64,000 nt of DNA, from assembly GCF_009914755.1 (NCBI RefSeq), contig NC_060942.1, one strand, 5' to 3'. Made by a program: the position numbers and the translations under genes. The notes under the pieces are model-generated. The model had not been told where the DNA came from. It did not search any database and saw nothing but the letters and a program-made list of their open reading frames with translations. Below are positions 26,479 through 39,716 of this stretch, in pieces. Origin of the DNA: the human T2T-CHM13v2.0 reference genome, Homo sapiens. Within the stretch, counting starts at the first letter, position 1, and the number at the start of each line of letters is the position of its first letter.

Positions 26479-26721
26479 CTGGTGGCTTCTCAGCCTAGAA
26501 GCGTTCCAGCACTGCAGTGCCCTGATATGTTTGTTTTCCTTTCGGCTAATTTTATCAAGGTCTGGGGTCATTATTAGCCAGATCACAAAAGTAAGAGCTC
26601 ATTAATATGTATCAGCGCCAAACCCTATGATTTCATCTGTTAATTTGATCTTGTTTTTCCTTGTTTATGGCAATTAAATCAGACCTTGATAAATCTGAAA
26701 ATGAAAAAAAGAAGCCACCAG
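26479..26721. other. Imperfect palindromic element (putative conserved non-coding element or ancient MITE-derived hairpin)
   Basis: Perfect inverted pairs 26551-26564/26680-26693 (14 bp) and 26479-26490/26710-26721 (12 bp). Confidence 0.6.
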
Positions 26722-27299
26722 CAAGCACAGCTATTATGATCACTCATTAGAAAGCCAAGCAGACTCTCTGATAAATCGTGCCAGGGTTTTTAAGGACTAG
26801 ATGATTACCTGCTTAAACAGCATGGAAGCTACCAGTAAAATGTAGCAAAATGATTAAAGAAAAAAAAGAACACCCCCATTACATCCAAGTGTAACAGATG
26901 GACAGTTGTACTTTGGGGAATGTTCCCGGACCATGTCTCCTCCCCTTCAAGCTAGGGAGGGCAGAAGCCACGGGCCCTCCTGGGCACAGAGGAGAGACAG
27001 CTTCCCTTCCTCGCTCCCTCCCTGGCCCTCCCCCATATCCTCCTGGCGACTGAGGGAGAATTGCTCAGCTGCCACTAAGGCCTCACTCCAAACTGTGTGA
27101 TGGTTAAGAAAAGCGCTAAGTACTGGGGAGGTGAATAGGTGGGAGGAGGTGGGCAGAGCTGGGATATGTCGGTAAATGACAAGATGGATGTGACCTTTCC
27201 TGTCACAAATGAGGCCGGGTGTCACTATGGAGGAACGCTTGTCATTCTTTTTGGCCCCTCTGTGTCTGAAAGCCTGTCCTCTGTTCGGGGAGCCACCAC

Positions 27300-27670
27300 T
27301 GTATAGATTCTCATGGGATGCGGAACTGCCTTCTACAATTGAAGTTGAAAATGCCAACAGCTTGCCTTCCCAGTTTCCCTGCTAGGACATGGACACTGTC
27401 CTTTCCAGCATCAGGGTCCTTGAAGAACCCCTTATTCTGCTTGCAGGACATTAGGATTCCTGGAGCCACTGTGGCTAGCAGCTTTAGGGTCTTGGTGGTA
27501 GATTTCCTCTCTGCAAGAGTTCAGTGTTGGGATTTGGGACATAATCCCCCACATGTGGTTCTCCAGGCATCCTAGTGTGCCTGTGAACTAATCAATATTT
27601 TAAGAACCAAACTTTGTGCTTAACTTGATCAGCGTTGGTTTCTGTTGCTTACCGTTAAGAGCCCTGACAT
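27300..27670 (+). mobile_element. LTR33-like ERVL solo LTR
   Basis: 'gaagttgaaaatgcc...ttcccagtttccctgctagg' and 3' end 'tgcttaacttgatcagcgttggtttctgttgcttaccgttaagagccctgac'. Confidence 0.55.
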
Positions 27671-28281
27671 TCAGAAAGGAAGTGAGAGCAGCTTGTGCCC
27701 AAGGGGTGAGCTGGTACTTGTGCCAGTGCAAACAGCCCGTGCAGGGGCCAGCTCCTCATCTCCAGAGCGGCACATCCTACCCTATTTCCAAGGGGCAGGG
27801 GCAGGTGGGAATGGGTCTCAGACCCCCTTCTCATATGGCCTCAGGCTCAGTCACATTTGAAAGGGGCTCAGCTGAGTGTTTCCAGGGAAAGGTTTTATTT
27901 CTAGGAAAGTTTTCTTTTAAATCAGTCTCCTTGTCCCTATATAATCACGCTATTTGTTTAAGCTCCTCCGTAGCAATCTGGCCCTATTTGTCTCTGAGGT
28001 CTCTGCAGGGATCTGTGTGCAGCCAACTTGGCATCTTGCTGTCTTCTGGTCCCTTCACACCTTGGTATGGCTTGTCCCAGTGCCTGCAGGTCTGTTTGCT
28101 TGAAGAGCATCCAGCTCCTCCGATCCCTTTGTCTTTCAGCCTTTCTTCCCATTTTTGGTCCTCCTGCTAGGCCCACGAGCATGTTAAAAATGGATCTCCT
28201 AAAGATCATTGTCTGTATTTGCTGACTTCTCTCCTTTCCTTCAATTCAGGGGTCTGACCTTTCTTATGTTTGCTTCTGCAG

Positions 28282-28345
28282 TCTCTCTCTCTCTCTCTCT
28301 TTCTCTCCCTCCCTCCCTCCCTCCCTCCCTGTCTTTCTCTCCCTC
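28282..28345. repeat. (CT)n/(CCCT)n polypyrimidine tract
   Basis: Directly visible. Confidence 0.9.
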
Positions 28346-30359
28346 GATTTTTAGATTCTTGTCTGGTTTCTGGTCATTTGGCTTTTTCTGACTTCCACGG
28401 TAGAAAATTTACTGATACCCTCCAAACCCTGATTTGAGAATTTTGGCCTGCTGATTCGTCTTTTCAGTAGGGTATCTAGATAGCCAAAATCCCATCACTG
28501 CACAATTCTGACCCAAAGGAGCTTTGTGAGGTTATCAGCGAACTTATCATCCACAATCTTAATTTCCAATTACCTGCGTTTTTCAGACATTTTCCTTACT
28601 TACTATTGAAGGTTACTCAATACTTCACAAAATCCCCTCAGATTATTTTTGGGGGCCCTGAGGAGGTTTCACCCCACATGAACAGTGCCTGTCTACCAGG
28701 CGGGCTCCATCAGTTATTTTTCTTATCTACTCTGGCTCCCTTCACTGATATCTGCTGCCAGGACTTCTGCTTCCTATGAAGGAGCACGGACCTGCCTTGT
28801 CGATGACTTCAGTAGCACAGTGGCCCCAACAGGGCCCTGTGGTCGTGGGGCTGTGCTGTGGCTGTCAGGCACTGCCCCACAGGCCCTCTCCATGCCATAG
28901 CGTACTGTGGCCTCTCCTACTTTGGAAGGTGGGACACCTCTTTCCCTTTTTGTACAGTGCTTTGCCAGGGTCTTGATGGAGAGGTGTTTTGGTAAAAATA
29001 CAAATCAACATTTTAGTTTTTGTTTACATTTCTTTCTTTCCTCTAAGTTCTCACCTTTCTCTTCCAATGCTGGAAGATTTACTATCAGAAAGAAAAAAAA
29101 ATATCTGTCTGACTCTGTCTTCCATGAAGAAGTCTTTGCAGAAGGCTAGTGGCCTTGTTTCTCAGGCAAGTAAATTTCTGGAGAACTGCCTTGCCAGCCA
29201 ATCCAACATGACTGGTCCTGACCAAGTAGAGATGGACAGAGCTCAGTTCAAACAAAAGAGTTTCCCACATTTGTTAGGAGGTCTAGATTTTGGCCATGAT
29301 ACTACTAAAATTCTTTTTTTGGATTTGGGAAACTCTAGTAACTAACCGATAGGGCTAAGGCTTTGGACTATGTAGGTGCATGCTTTTCAACATGTAAATA
29401 TCCTGGAGCACTAAGACTACCTCAAGCCTTAGTCCCTCCTGCCTCTTCCTAGCCTCTCTGAAAATCTATGGTCATTTCAGGATAGAAGTCAACCAAGTAT
29501 TCCATTCTGCCACCTCCCTGACTTCTGTGTCTTGGGACTACCCTCCTACTTTTCATATCTCATTCTGCATTTCTTCTTGTCGCTTTTGTCATACTTGTAA
29601 CCTAAAAAGGTGACTGTGTGATTCATTATTTAATGCCCATCTTCCTTGGGAGGGCAAGGAGGGGAGGGCTGTGCCTGCTCATTTACTGCTGTATTTTCAG
29701 TGTGTAAAGCTTTGCCTGGCATTTGACACTCAATAGGAGCTCAATAAATATTTGCTGAATAATTGCATGAATATCGACAATTCTGTAATTATAATTGTTA
29801 TGCTGAACTAAAAACTCTTGTTTTGGGGAAAACAGAGTGAACTTGATTCTTTTCCTTTCAGTTGTTCCTTGGGGGTGGAGAGAAGAGATGAGTCTATGGG
29901 GATAGTTTCTCTACTACATAAAGTCATCTCAGGCCTACTGTACCTGTCTCTACCCAGGATTATCACCCCCTAAAGAGTTGTAGCGGTTGGTGAGAATAAT
30001 AACTATAAGGCTATAATCAGGGCTATTCCCAGACAAAATTATGAAGTTAGAGATGTTTATTTTTGAGATGTAAAGCCTCCCAGCAATATTAAACAAGCTC
30101 TTAGTATTATCTTCAAAAATTCAGAATCCACAGCAGCCATAGCTCTGGAAAATGGTTTTGTAAAAGCCACCATTACCAGCTACTGGCACATCACAACCAG
30201 AGTTATATATTATATGAACATATGGAAGTATGCTCATGAACATGTTTACAAGTAGCAAGGATTTCTCAACCATATTTCTCCAAATCCTTGAAGACTTACT
30301 TTCCACTGCGACTGTGTCCTTTCCAGAGTGGAATTGGCCACATCCCTTTTTAGACCATG

Positions 30360-30735
30360 GTGGGTGGAGGAGAGAGGCATTTATTGCTCACCAGATACTC
30401 TTCTGCTCTTCTACATTTCCCAGCCCCCTACAATCAAGTGTGTCTGGAAACATGACTTTCAGAGGCCAGTGGACTGTGCAAAGAAATGATATGCATCGCT
30501 TCCTGGCCGAAGCACTGAGGGCCCTCCAGTTCTCTCTCCTGCTGTGACAGCTGAGGAAGCCTTGTGCTAAGATATTGGGGCGTCCATCAGCCTTAGACCC
30601 TGAGCAGAGCTGCCTGCTAACCCATGATGGACATACAGCACAGATGAGAAATCAATGTTTGTTTCAATGCGTGTCCACTGGATTTCTATTCAGATGGTTC
30701 AACTGAAGAGACGTTAGTGTAGGCTTTACTGACAG
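30360..30735 (+). mobile_element. MLT1I/J-like MaLR LTR
   Basis: 'ctacatttcccagcccc...cttcctggccgaagca...gatggacatacagcacagatgagaaat'. Confidence 0.65.
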
Positions 30736-31401
30736 GTGCGAGCAGGTTGAGAAACTCAACAAGAGGTTTTAAGACACCCAGAGATGAGAAATGGAGAAGG
30801 CCTGACCACCTCTAGGTCTGAAGGAACAAGGAGGAGATAACTGTGTGATTGGAGCCCCAGGGGCAGCTTGAGCCATGGAGGTAAAACCTGGAGAAGAAAC
30901 ACTCATTCTGCTGGAATCGCGGTGTCGAAGGAAGGAGGCAACAGGGAAGAAACACGCAGAGGTGCTTAGCGGTGTGCCTCCTTTAGGAGCCCAACCAGTA
31001 GCCATGGGGCACATGGGCCTGGGTGATAGAGTCCATAAGTCTCCGTCTCAAGGGCCACAGTAAAGGGCGGAGAATGGAGCAGGGCAGATGAGGCCAATGG
31101 AGGGTGTCTGACACAAAGAGGATAAGGCAGCCCAGCCTGACTCAGACCTGTCCCTCTCACTATGTCTTTGGGCTCGTGGGGCTTCTACTGTCTGCATCAC
31201 CCCCTTGAGCTGTACATTGCCTCCCACTATGGATTGTCAGCTGCTTGAAAGCCAACATGGTGCTGCATTCTTTTCATATCCCTAGTATCCTGCCCTGCAC
31301 CTGCAATATCATCTTGTTACATATCAACTTAGAAATATGCCAGATATCAATGTTGAAGTGCATGGCTAACTTCCTTCTATGAGATGCCATATATATATAT
31401 A

Positions 31402-31692
31402 TTTTTTTTTTTGAGACAGGGTCTTGCTCTTTTGCCCAGGCTGGAGTGCAGTGGTGCAATCACAGCTCACTATAACCTTGACCTCCTAGGCTCAAGGGAC
31501 TCCCACCTATGCCTCCCAAGTAGCTGGGACTACAGGTGCACACCACCATCACTGGCTTATTTTTTGATTTTTTGTAGAGATGGAGTCTTAATATGTTGCC
31601 TAGGCTGGTCTCAAACTCCTGAGCTCAAGTGAGCCACCCACCTCAGTCTCCCAAAGTGCTGGGATTACAGGCGTGAGTCACAGTGTCTGGCC
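31402..31692 (-). mobile_element. AluJ, full length
   Basis: J-type features; degenerate TSD agatgccatat / agatgctatat. Confidence 0.9.
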
Positions 31693-32589
31693 CTCAAGAT
31701 GCTATATTAACACCAGGCTGTTGTTTTCATGTGCAAAGTGTAAAGACCCAAATTTGGCGAATTAACAGAATCACTTTGAGATTTGTGCCTTAAGTGATTC
31801 TGTTGATTCGCCAAGTATTTTAGTTATACAGGCAGCAGAGAATAAAAGCTATTAATTAGGGCATACATTTGTACTTCCTGATTATGGGTTGATACCGGGG
31901 AACAATAGGAAGGTAGAGCCCCAGGACTTGGAAATAAGATTGCCCTCTGAGAATTAAAGCAAAACTTTAATGTATAACAGATTAAAGAAGAAATGGACAA
32001 CATTATCTGAAAGAAACAGTGTCTCCCAGGCCAAGGTGGAACAGGGCCTGTTGAAATTCTGTGTAACTATTTGTGACTCCAATATTAGCTGGGGCCATGT
32101 GGGTTTTTGAGATTTAGCTAAAATTGCCTCAAATGCCCTTTCCCAATTCTTTGGGGATTGCAATGCTTTCTCCAAGATTTCTGTGAATTCCCAGGAGCTT
32201 GAATTCTCGTGTCACTCTGCCTCCGAGTTCCTGCCCTTCTGGAGTTCTTGATTCTACTTGTGTCTCCAGACTGGGGCTTCTCTCTTCCCCCCTGCTTCCC
32301 AGGATTCTAAGAACAACTACACAGGGCCTTTGTGAGTGGCAGACTTTACCCATTTTGAGGTGAAGGAGAAAGTTTTATATCATAGACTTAGAAACATTTA
32401 AAGTTGGATTTTATATATTCACTTTCTCAAAGAGACCATAGCTACTCTGTGACTGGCGATTCCTCCCCGACTCACATTCTTCCAAAGACTCCATCCTTCA
32501 CTGGCCCCTACTTCCTGTTCTTCTTGAACTCTTCCTCCATTTTATCTTTGCTCTCCTCTGTGCTTCGTTTTTGTTTTGTTCTATTTATT

Positions 32590-32850
32590 TTTTAAAATTA
32601 ACTTTTCCAAATGACACACTGCATGAATACAACTCATTTAAAAATACAGAGGTACGTAGATATAAAATACCACTCTTTCCAGCATTAGCTATTGCTCATA
32701 TTTTTAAATTTTGCCAATCTTATTAGTAGAACATGATATCACCTTGTTGCTTTAATTTGCATTTTCCAGATTACTAGTGAGAGTAATTTTTCCTATATTC
32801 TTTATTGGCCCTTTGAGTTCCTTCTGTGAATCATGACTTTATATTCTTTG
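32590..32850 (-). mobile_element. Old L1M fragment
   Basis: 'ttttgccaatct...ttgttgctttaatttgcattttcc..attactagtgag'. Confidence 0.55.
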
Positions 32851-34093
32851 CCTTCGAAGCTAATCACTTCTGTCTCCACCAGCAAATCCCTTGAGGTGAT
32901 CACATCAAATTACTGTCGCCGTTTGGGACCTGCCTGGTGACTCACTAGACTTCTCTAAGAGACATTCTCGCCATCTCCTGTCTACCACCTTCAATAACAA
33001 TCACATCCTTCTGTTAAGGGTCCTTAATTTTGATTGTTGCAAAATAGAATGAATTTTTTAAACCTATCAGTCTTGGGGAGCAGTGTGGCCAATGTAAACC
33101 TCGTCAATATGGAGGCAGTTACCTGAAGCTCCAGAACTGACTCAAATTTTGGGTAGAATTAGTGTTCAGTTGGTTCACAATAGTACCTGGTTGTTGTATA
33201 GGAAGACCATACAATTGGGGTTGCCTAGATAGTGCTGGTTTAAGCATGCTCCCCTGGGGTCCCATCCAGATGGGACCCACTTTCACTCTCTTTTGCAAGT
33301 GAAAAGTTCACCTTATCCTTTGTATGGCCTTCAGCAAGTTACTTGGTTTAGGATCCTGTTATCACACAAATGATTAATAGACACACATATGCTGTGGCAC
33401 TATTTTAAAAATGACTAGTCCATGAGTTTTATAAAAGTTGACAATATGGCAGTCTGTAACTAAGGGTTTATGTTAAACACAGACTTACGGAACTAGAGAA
33501 TTTTTGAGCTGACATGAAACATAACTTAATTCAGTGTTTTACTGAGGTCTCTGAGTCTTTGAAAAGCTCATGGAAATTGTGGACCTTCTTGCAGGAAGAT
33601 GCACACTCATACCCACACTAAGGTTTCATACATTTCAGGGTGTCCACAAAGGCTCTGAAACTCAGGGGACCCAGATTAATAACTACTCAAATTTGTCATG
33701 TAAATGAATACATTGAGATTCAGAGAGGCTAAATGATATGTCAAAAGAAGAAAGGATTAGAAGGAGAAATAGGCATAGGGTCCCATGGTTTCTATTTTGG
33801 GCTTCTTTTTCCTGGTCTCCCTCCTATTGTGGGAGTGTCAGTGAGAAGTTAAAGCTATAGACGAGCTTTCTGCATGGGATGTTATGAAGAATCTGAAATA
33901 TTCTTTTTGAAAGCAAAGCATGAGTTGACTCTGTTCTCAGTGACTACTTCTCAGATCACTTATGGAGTTCTCATGAACATTTATGATGCAATACCTACTG
34001 GTTAGCAGGTTTTGCTGAATGGATGCTTCAAAAACTCAGGTCCCAACTTGCTTGCTGCCCCAGTCTCACATCTATTGCCCCAGTCACCAGAAA

Positions 34094-35151
34094 TGAGAGA
34101 AACAAGAAGCCCCTCTAAGAGGGTGTGGGTCCCCAAGCATGGGAAGAAAGGAAAATCTTGAGTTCCTTCAGGGGAAATTCCAGGCACCTAGCTAGCCCTG
34201 AGAAGTAAATAAGCAACTTGATAAGCAAGAAGGTAATAGTAGCCTACAACAGTAGCCGAGGAAGTTAGAGTCAGGAGATGTTTGGCTCCCCTACAGAAAC
34301 TGAAGAGAACATCTTCACATATGTCCCTGAGTTGTTTCTCGGAAACCCACACCCCCACCAAATGGATCTGTAGACTTCAGATAAGGGGAAACTGAGGCCT
34401 GAACTCTAACCGCCATTCTTTGTTCTAAATTTCTTCCTGAAGATTCTGGAGGGAGTCACAGCCACGAGCCAGAGCTAACATTCTTTCCTAACGACTCCAA
34501 ATTTTTATCTTTTTATTTTTATTTTTGAGACGGAGTCTCACTCTTTCACCCAGGCTGGAGTGCAGTGACACAATCTCGGCTCACTGCAACCTCCACCTTC
34601 TGGATTCAAGCAATTCTCCTGCCTCAGCCTCCGGAGTAGCTGGGATTATAGGCGCGCACCACCAAACCTGGCTAATTTTTGTATTTTTAGTAGAGACGGG
34701 GTTTTGCCATGTTGGCCAGGCCAGTCTCAAACTCCTCACCTCATGTGATCCACCCACCTTGGCCTCCCAAAGTGCTGGGATTACAGGTGTGAGCCACTGT
34801 GCCCTGCCCCAAAATTTTAAACAAAGCTTCTCTTCCTTAACCAATGGCAAATCAGAAAGTCTTTGAATCTACCTATGACTTGTAAGCTCCACTTCAAGAT
34901 AGCCCACCCTTGTAACCTCCGTATATTGATTTATGATTTTGCCCCTAATGTCTGCTTTCCTGAAATTTCCCCCTGCCTTTAAAAACCCTTACTTGCAAGT
35001 GATCAGAGAGGTCGGGACTTAAGCATTAGCTGCCCAATCTTCTTGCTTGGTGCCTGCAAATAAATGTCTTTCTTTCTCTCACTGCAAACCTTGGTGTGGA
35101 TGTTTTGGCTTTACTCTGCCAGGACAGCCAACCTGAGTTTGGTTGATAATG
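34094..35151 (+). mobile_element. ERV1 (MER4-group, possibly MER66-like) solo LTR with nested Alu
   Basis: TG start, 'gggaaattccaggcacctagctagcc', AATAAA at ~35059, candidate 4-bp TSD GAAA (34090-34093 / 35152-35155); subfamily uncertain. Confidence 0.7.
34508..34808 (-). mobile_element. AluS nested in the LTR
   Basis: Full dimer; approximate TSD ccaaatttt. Confidence 0.92.
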
Positions 35152-37279
35152 GAAACACTTGCTGTTCCTTTCAACGGTGTGTCCTTTCACTCTTGATTTT
35201 GCTCACTTTCATTTCCTTTGCCTAACAATCCCTACTCATTCATGAAGATGTTCTTAATGGTAAATGCACTTTCTCTTGAGAGTCTTCCTAACATTCCTAG
35301 CAGGGGTGGTAGCTTTTTCCAGAACAATGTCTAATTTAGGTTTGCCTCCCAGCAACTAGGCCAGTGCTTAGCATATAGAATATCCACCAAATATTTGTCA
35401 AATAATATAAATGAATAAATCCTTATAGGGTTTTTTTTTAATCTCAATGTATCAGACAAAATCTAAGTCAGGAGTTGGTATGCTTCTCTTGCTTTTGTAG
35501 AGCTTACTTCTTATTGCTTGAGCTTTCTTCATTTTATAGGTCAGTGTAGCATTTTACAGATCCAACAGTCCTTTTTCTTTTTTTTTAGGATTAACTCAGA
35601 AAAACTTCACTCATTTGCTTGACCTGCAGTGCCTACAGTCACAATTTTGGAGTGAGTTAAAAAATATTGGTGGGTAAATTGCTGTGCTTCCCGGAGGGGA
35701 GGGGAAGCATATGAACTCCTTGCCAGGCTTCTATGGCCTGGGGCACCACAAAAGACCTTTTCTTTTTTTCTTTTCCCAGGTATCTATGTCAAAAATAATT
35801 TGCCAAGGAGCCAAAATCTTCATCTGTTTATGGCTTCACAGCCGATGAAAAATGCAGGATCATTAGAAGCTAATTACTGGTTTCATGGCAATATTTATCA
35901 CAAAAGCTAATTTGATCTTCCAGAACCCACTTTGGGGGCTAGCAGAGCCCATTACTAAGAAGTATTATAAAGTTTTTTTTTTTTTTTTAGTTATGCAACA
36001 ACTTCACTAACAAACCCAAACCAAGTGGGGGAGACAACAGACTGGCGTGGCCTGACATCTCAATGGTTTCCATCTGGCCCAAGTAATTTCTAAAATAGTT
36101 TGTTTCAAAAGCATTCCTTTCCACTTAGAGGAAGATGTTTCAAAGATTCATATATGGAAAATTCAATTGAGTATGCCTTTTTGTGTATCCTGAAGAATTG
36201 ATTATTTTTAAATGCAGTTAAATAGCTTACATAAAAGACATAAAGATACATTGAAAGAGGATCCTGAGTCCTAAATTTCCAGCTCTCTGAACTATTTGCT
36301 GATCTCTATGTTTTCCTGCTATTGCTTTTGCCTTCTTTGCATATATTGTTGCCTTCTGAATGTGAAGCTATTTGGATTTGTATTTCATTCACTTGTTCAT
36401 TCAACGAATAGATGCTGGGGAGACAAAGGAATGTATTTCATGGTTTATACTTTAGTTTTGGAGATATGAGGCATGAGAAAAATGATAAATTAAAATGCAG
36501 AAGATATCACGGGACTAGCATATAAGTTCAGAGAGGGAGAGATCAGTGTTGTATAAGGAAAAAAGCATGGGATTTGAAGGCAGAAAGCCTGGGTTTGAGG
36601 TTTGACTCCACCTTTACCCTGAACCTCAATGTCTTCATCTGTAAAATGGGATAATAAAATCTACTCTAATGATCTCAGGCTATTCACTCTCATGAATTCT
36701 CAGGCTGTGAGGATTCTAAGGGATCTGAGAGAAATTTGTGAAGCAGAAAACTTGCTTCATTATCATAATCTTCTCCTCATCTTCTTATCACCTCTTAAAC
36801 TCACTGGTTTGATCTAGAAGAAGTCAGGGAAGGCTTCTTGAAGGAGATGAAAGTGATTGAGTGAAAGGTGGCAAACTAAAGGCCATACAGCGTTAGGACC
36901 TTACAGATGTTATCAGGAAAAAGTGCATTATAGCATTTCATGTTTTTCTGGAAGAAAAATCTGTGGCTATTAGTTGTAATTATTCACCTTGTCGTTGGTT
37001 TTGGCAATAATTCAACTTTACAGGATCTCATACTTCCTATCTTTGCAGGAAGATTTCCTTTTTTACATATCTGTGAGTGCAATTGATGAAATTGGCAAAG
37101 AGAGGTCCTTGGTGAGACTGCTGCAAATCTACTTTCCTAAAGAAAGGCCCAGCTGGGCATGCCTAGATTTTTCTTATATAATCCCTTATGATGCTCCTGG
37201 GTCTCTGTCTGTCTTTCAACTTTGCTTTTGTTTTGCTGCATCTGCTGATACCAGAGATGGGCTACATAGAACAAGCACT

Positions 37280-37440
37280 AGATAAGAAAGGAGGATGAAC
37301 CTAGGTCCTGGTTCTGGATCAGCCACTAACCGCCTGTGTGTCCTTGGGCAGATCATCTAAACTCTCTGAGTCTGCTCTTAATAAATGGGCGTGAGATTAT
37401 CAAATTTCTAAGCTCCCTTCTAGGTCCAAACTCTATGAGT
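37280..37440 (+). mobile_element. MIR SINE
   Basis: 'gccactaaccgcctgtgtgtccttgggcagatcatctaaactctctgag'. Confidence 0.65.
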
Positions 37441-38599
37441 TTTTGTTAAGAATCATTATTTGGGTTAAAAGACATCCTAGGAGAGTTTATTTTAACAAAA
37501 ATATTGAGGTTGCTATACGTTTCCTCAGACATTAAGGGGCTTTGGATGTTCACAGGTAAAACCTTAGAGGTCAGGATCTGTGTCTTACTATCTTAAACCT
37601 CCCATCGTGCCCAGCAAGGTGCCCTGCACTTAGCAAACATTATGTCTATTGATGGCTGGATGAAAGAACAACTTTCCCTCCAAAAGGAGGTACCTTTTCT
37701 ACAAAGAGAAACGTTTATATCTCACTTTGGAGAGGCTGGTCATTGTGGCCAGCTCTTATATTAGAGAGCAGCTTTAAATACAATGTGTAGTGACTGTAAC
37801 CCAGCCTGGGACATTAAATTCCTTGACAGCAGGGACCACACTTTATTCATTTTGACATACCCCACAGTGCCTAGCATGGGGCTTTGTAAATGGTAGGTTC
37901 TCAATTAATCTCTATTCAATTGACTTCAGTCGACTCTCTAAAAGCCATTTGTTTTCATCCAATCACTCTCTCCATTTATTCAGTCAGTCTTGAAAATGTG
38001 GAAAAAACAAAAAAAGTTCTCCATTTCTGTTTCCCTTGTCAAAGTACATTGGTAGCATTTAGGTTTCCAATAATAGTTAATCTTGTACAGACACTCTGTC
38101 CTTTTTAAAACCATTTCTCTTTCTATACTCCCCTGATCACAGGGGAAAAGAGGGGCAAAGAAAATCCTCCTTCTAAACCATCCCCTGAGAGCCACTGCAA
38201 GTTCAGATTGTCATGAAAATGAGCGAGAATGGAACACAGAGGAGGAGGGAGGGGATTTCTATTCCATTTGTTCTCTTATTCCTGTTGTAACTGTAGGGAC
38301 CAAACCATCTACACTGATTAGTTTTAGGATCTAAGTCCCCACACTGCCTGATGAGGGTGGTCCTCTTGATGAAATCCAAAGAGGCCTCCCATGAAATGTG
38401 CAATTCTCACAGTGCCTTAAAGACTGTGTTTTGAGTGTTTGCTTCAAAACACAGTGGCATGCCAAAGATGGATAGAATGCAATAGACAGAGATGAACAAA
38501 AATTCAATATCTTTCCCCTCAAAAAATCACATACTAATGTCCCTCCTCCTCCACCCCAACCTGGTTCCTTCCTGTAAACTTCATATTGGTGAAGTGCCA

Positions 38600-39190
38600 C
38601 ACCATTTGCCACGTCGTCAATGCCAGAAGGCTAGAAGTTACCCCCCACTCCTCGCTGTCAAACCCCATATGCAATCAGTTGTTGACTACAGGAGACTCCA
38701 TCTCAGAAATACTGCTCAAAACTCTTCCTGCTTTCCCAAGGCTTTTGCAATCTAGCTCCAGCCTACCTTTCCCTTGGGAAAAGTAGCCTTCCTTCCGAAC
38801 ACCTGGTTCTTGAGCTGTGGGTTTGCAGCCATGTCTTTTCATGACTTTTGCCTTTGTGCACATTCTCTTTCTGCAAGGCGTTCTTGCCTTGAGAAGCTCA
38901 TCCTATTGTTTTCTCAAGACTCACTTCTAGTGTGAAGTTCTTCCAGCCTATCTCATCCTTCAGCCTCTCACAGCCTCCAAGCCCCCTTCACACCCCCAAT
39001 GCATCATCATTCTGTCACAGTGCTCATCACGTTGCAATACAATTATTTGTGAATGGCTCTCTGTTTCCTACATCAATGGAAGCTCCTAGATACAGAGTCT
39101 ATGGCTCCACATCTCTATCCTCAAGGACTCAGCAGGGGTCTGGTACATAGAAGATAATCAATAAATCAATCAATGCTTGGTAAGTAAATG
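38600..39190 (+). mobile_element. L2 LINE 3' region
   Basis: Pyrimidine-rich L2-like sequence ending 'tctggtacatagaagataatcaataaat'. Confidence 0.5.
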
Positions 39191-39550
39191 ATTTGGGGAT
39201 AGGTGAGAGTGGGGGATAGGAATGAACAGAAATTAAAGTAGAGAAACTACGGCTGGAGCAGAGAAGGTGTTGTTTCCTCTTCAACAAACTGTATATAATT
39301 TTTTAAAGTAAGAAAAAAAAGGTAATGTTTGCCTAGGATTAGCATAGAAAATGAAAAGGGAGTTAGAAGTGCAATATTTTTTGGAGAAGGCATACGCTCC
39401 AGACCTGCTTACAGAGCACCTAATGCTGGGAAAGAACACAGAGGCAAAACTTATTTCTTATTTCCCTTGCAAATGCTTGTTTTTCTTTCTTTTTCCATAA
39501 TCCTTTACCATTTGGAGGACACTCGTTAATCTGCAAAGCAAGCCCCCTTT

Positions 39551-39716
39551 CCAGGCCATTAGTGCCAGGACGATGTGAAATAGAAGCCAGCCTGGGCCAT
39601 TAGTGCCATGGTCATTTAAAACACCAACCCGTTCAGGTTATTAGCGAGCCAGGGCAATTTGAGTGAACAACCTGTCCAGGCAATTAATGCCAAGGTAATT
39701 TAAAGTGCCACACCAT
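39551..39716. repeat. Degenerate ~41-43-bp tandem array (4 copies) with homeodomain-like motifs
   Basis: Units start at 39551, 39592, 39633 and 39676; exact ggccattagtgcca in units 1 and 2. Confidence 0.7.

Noticed and set aside
27616-28170. 184-aa ORF
   Set aside because: GTG start inside an LTR33-like end; no recognisable protein features
34525-34866. ORFs with LECSG/SAHCNL/PASAS motifs (also near 11.8, 31.4, 41.4, 45.9, 47.7, 51.9 and 60.9 kb)
   Set aside because: Standard Alu-derived pseudo-peptides
39551-39716. CRISPR-like repeat-spacer reading of the 42-bp array
   Set aside because: Primate DNA, degenerate repeats, mutually similar spacers and no cas genes
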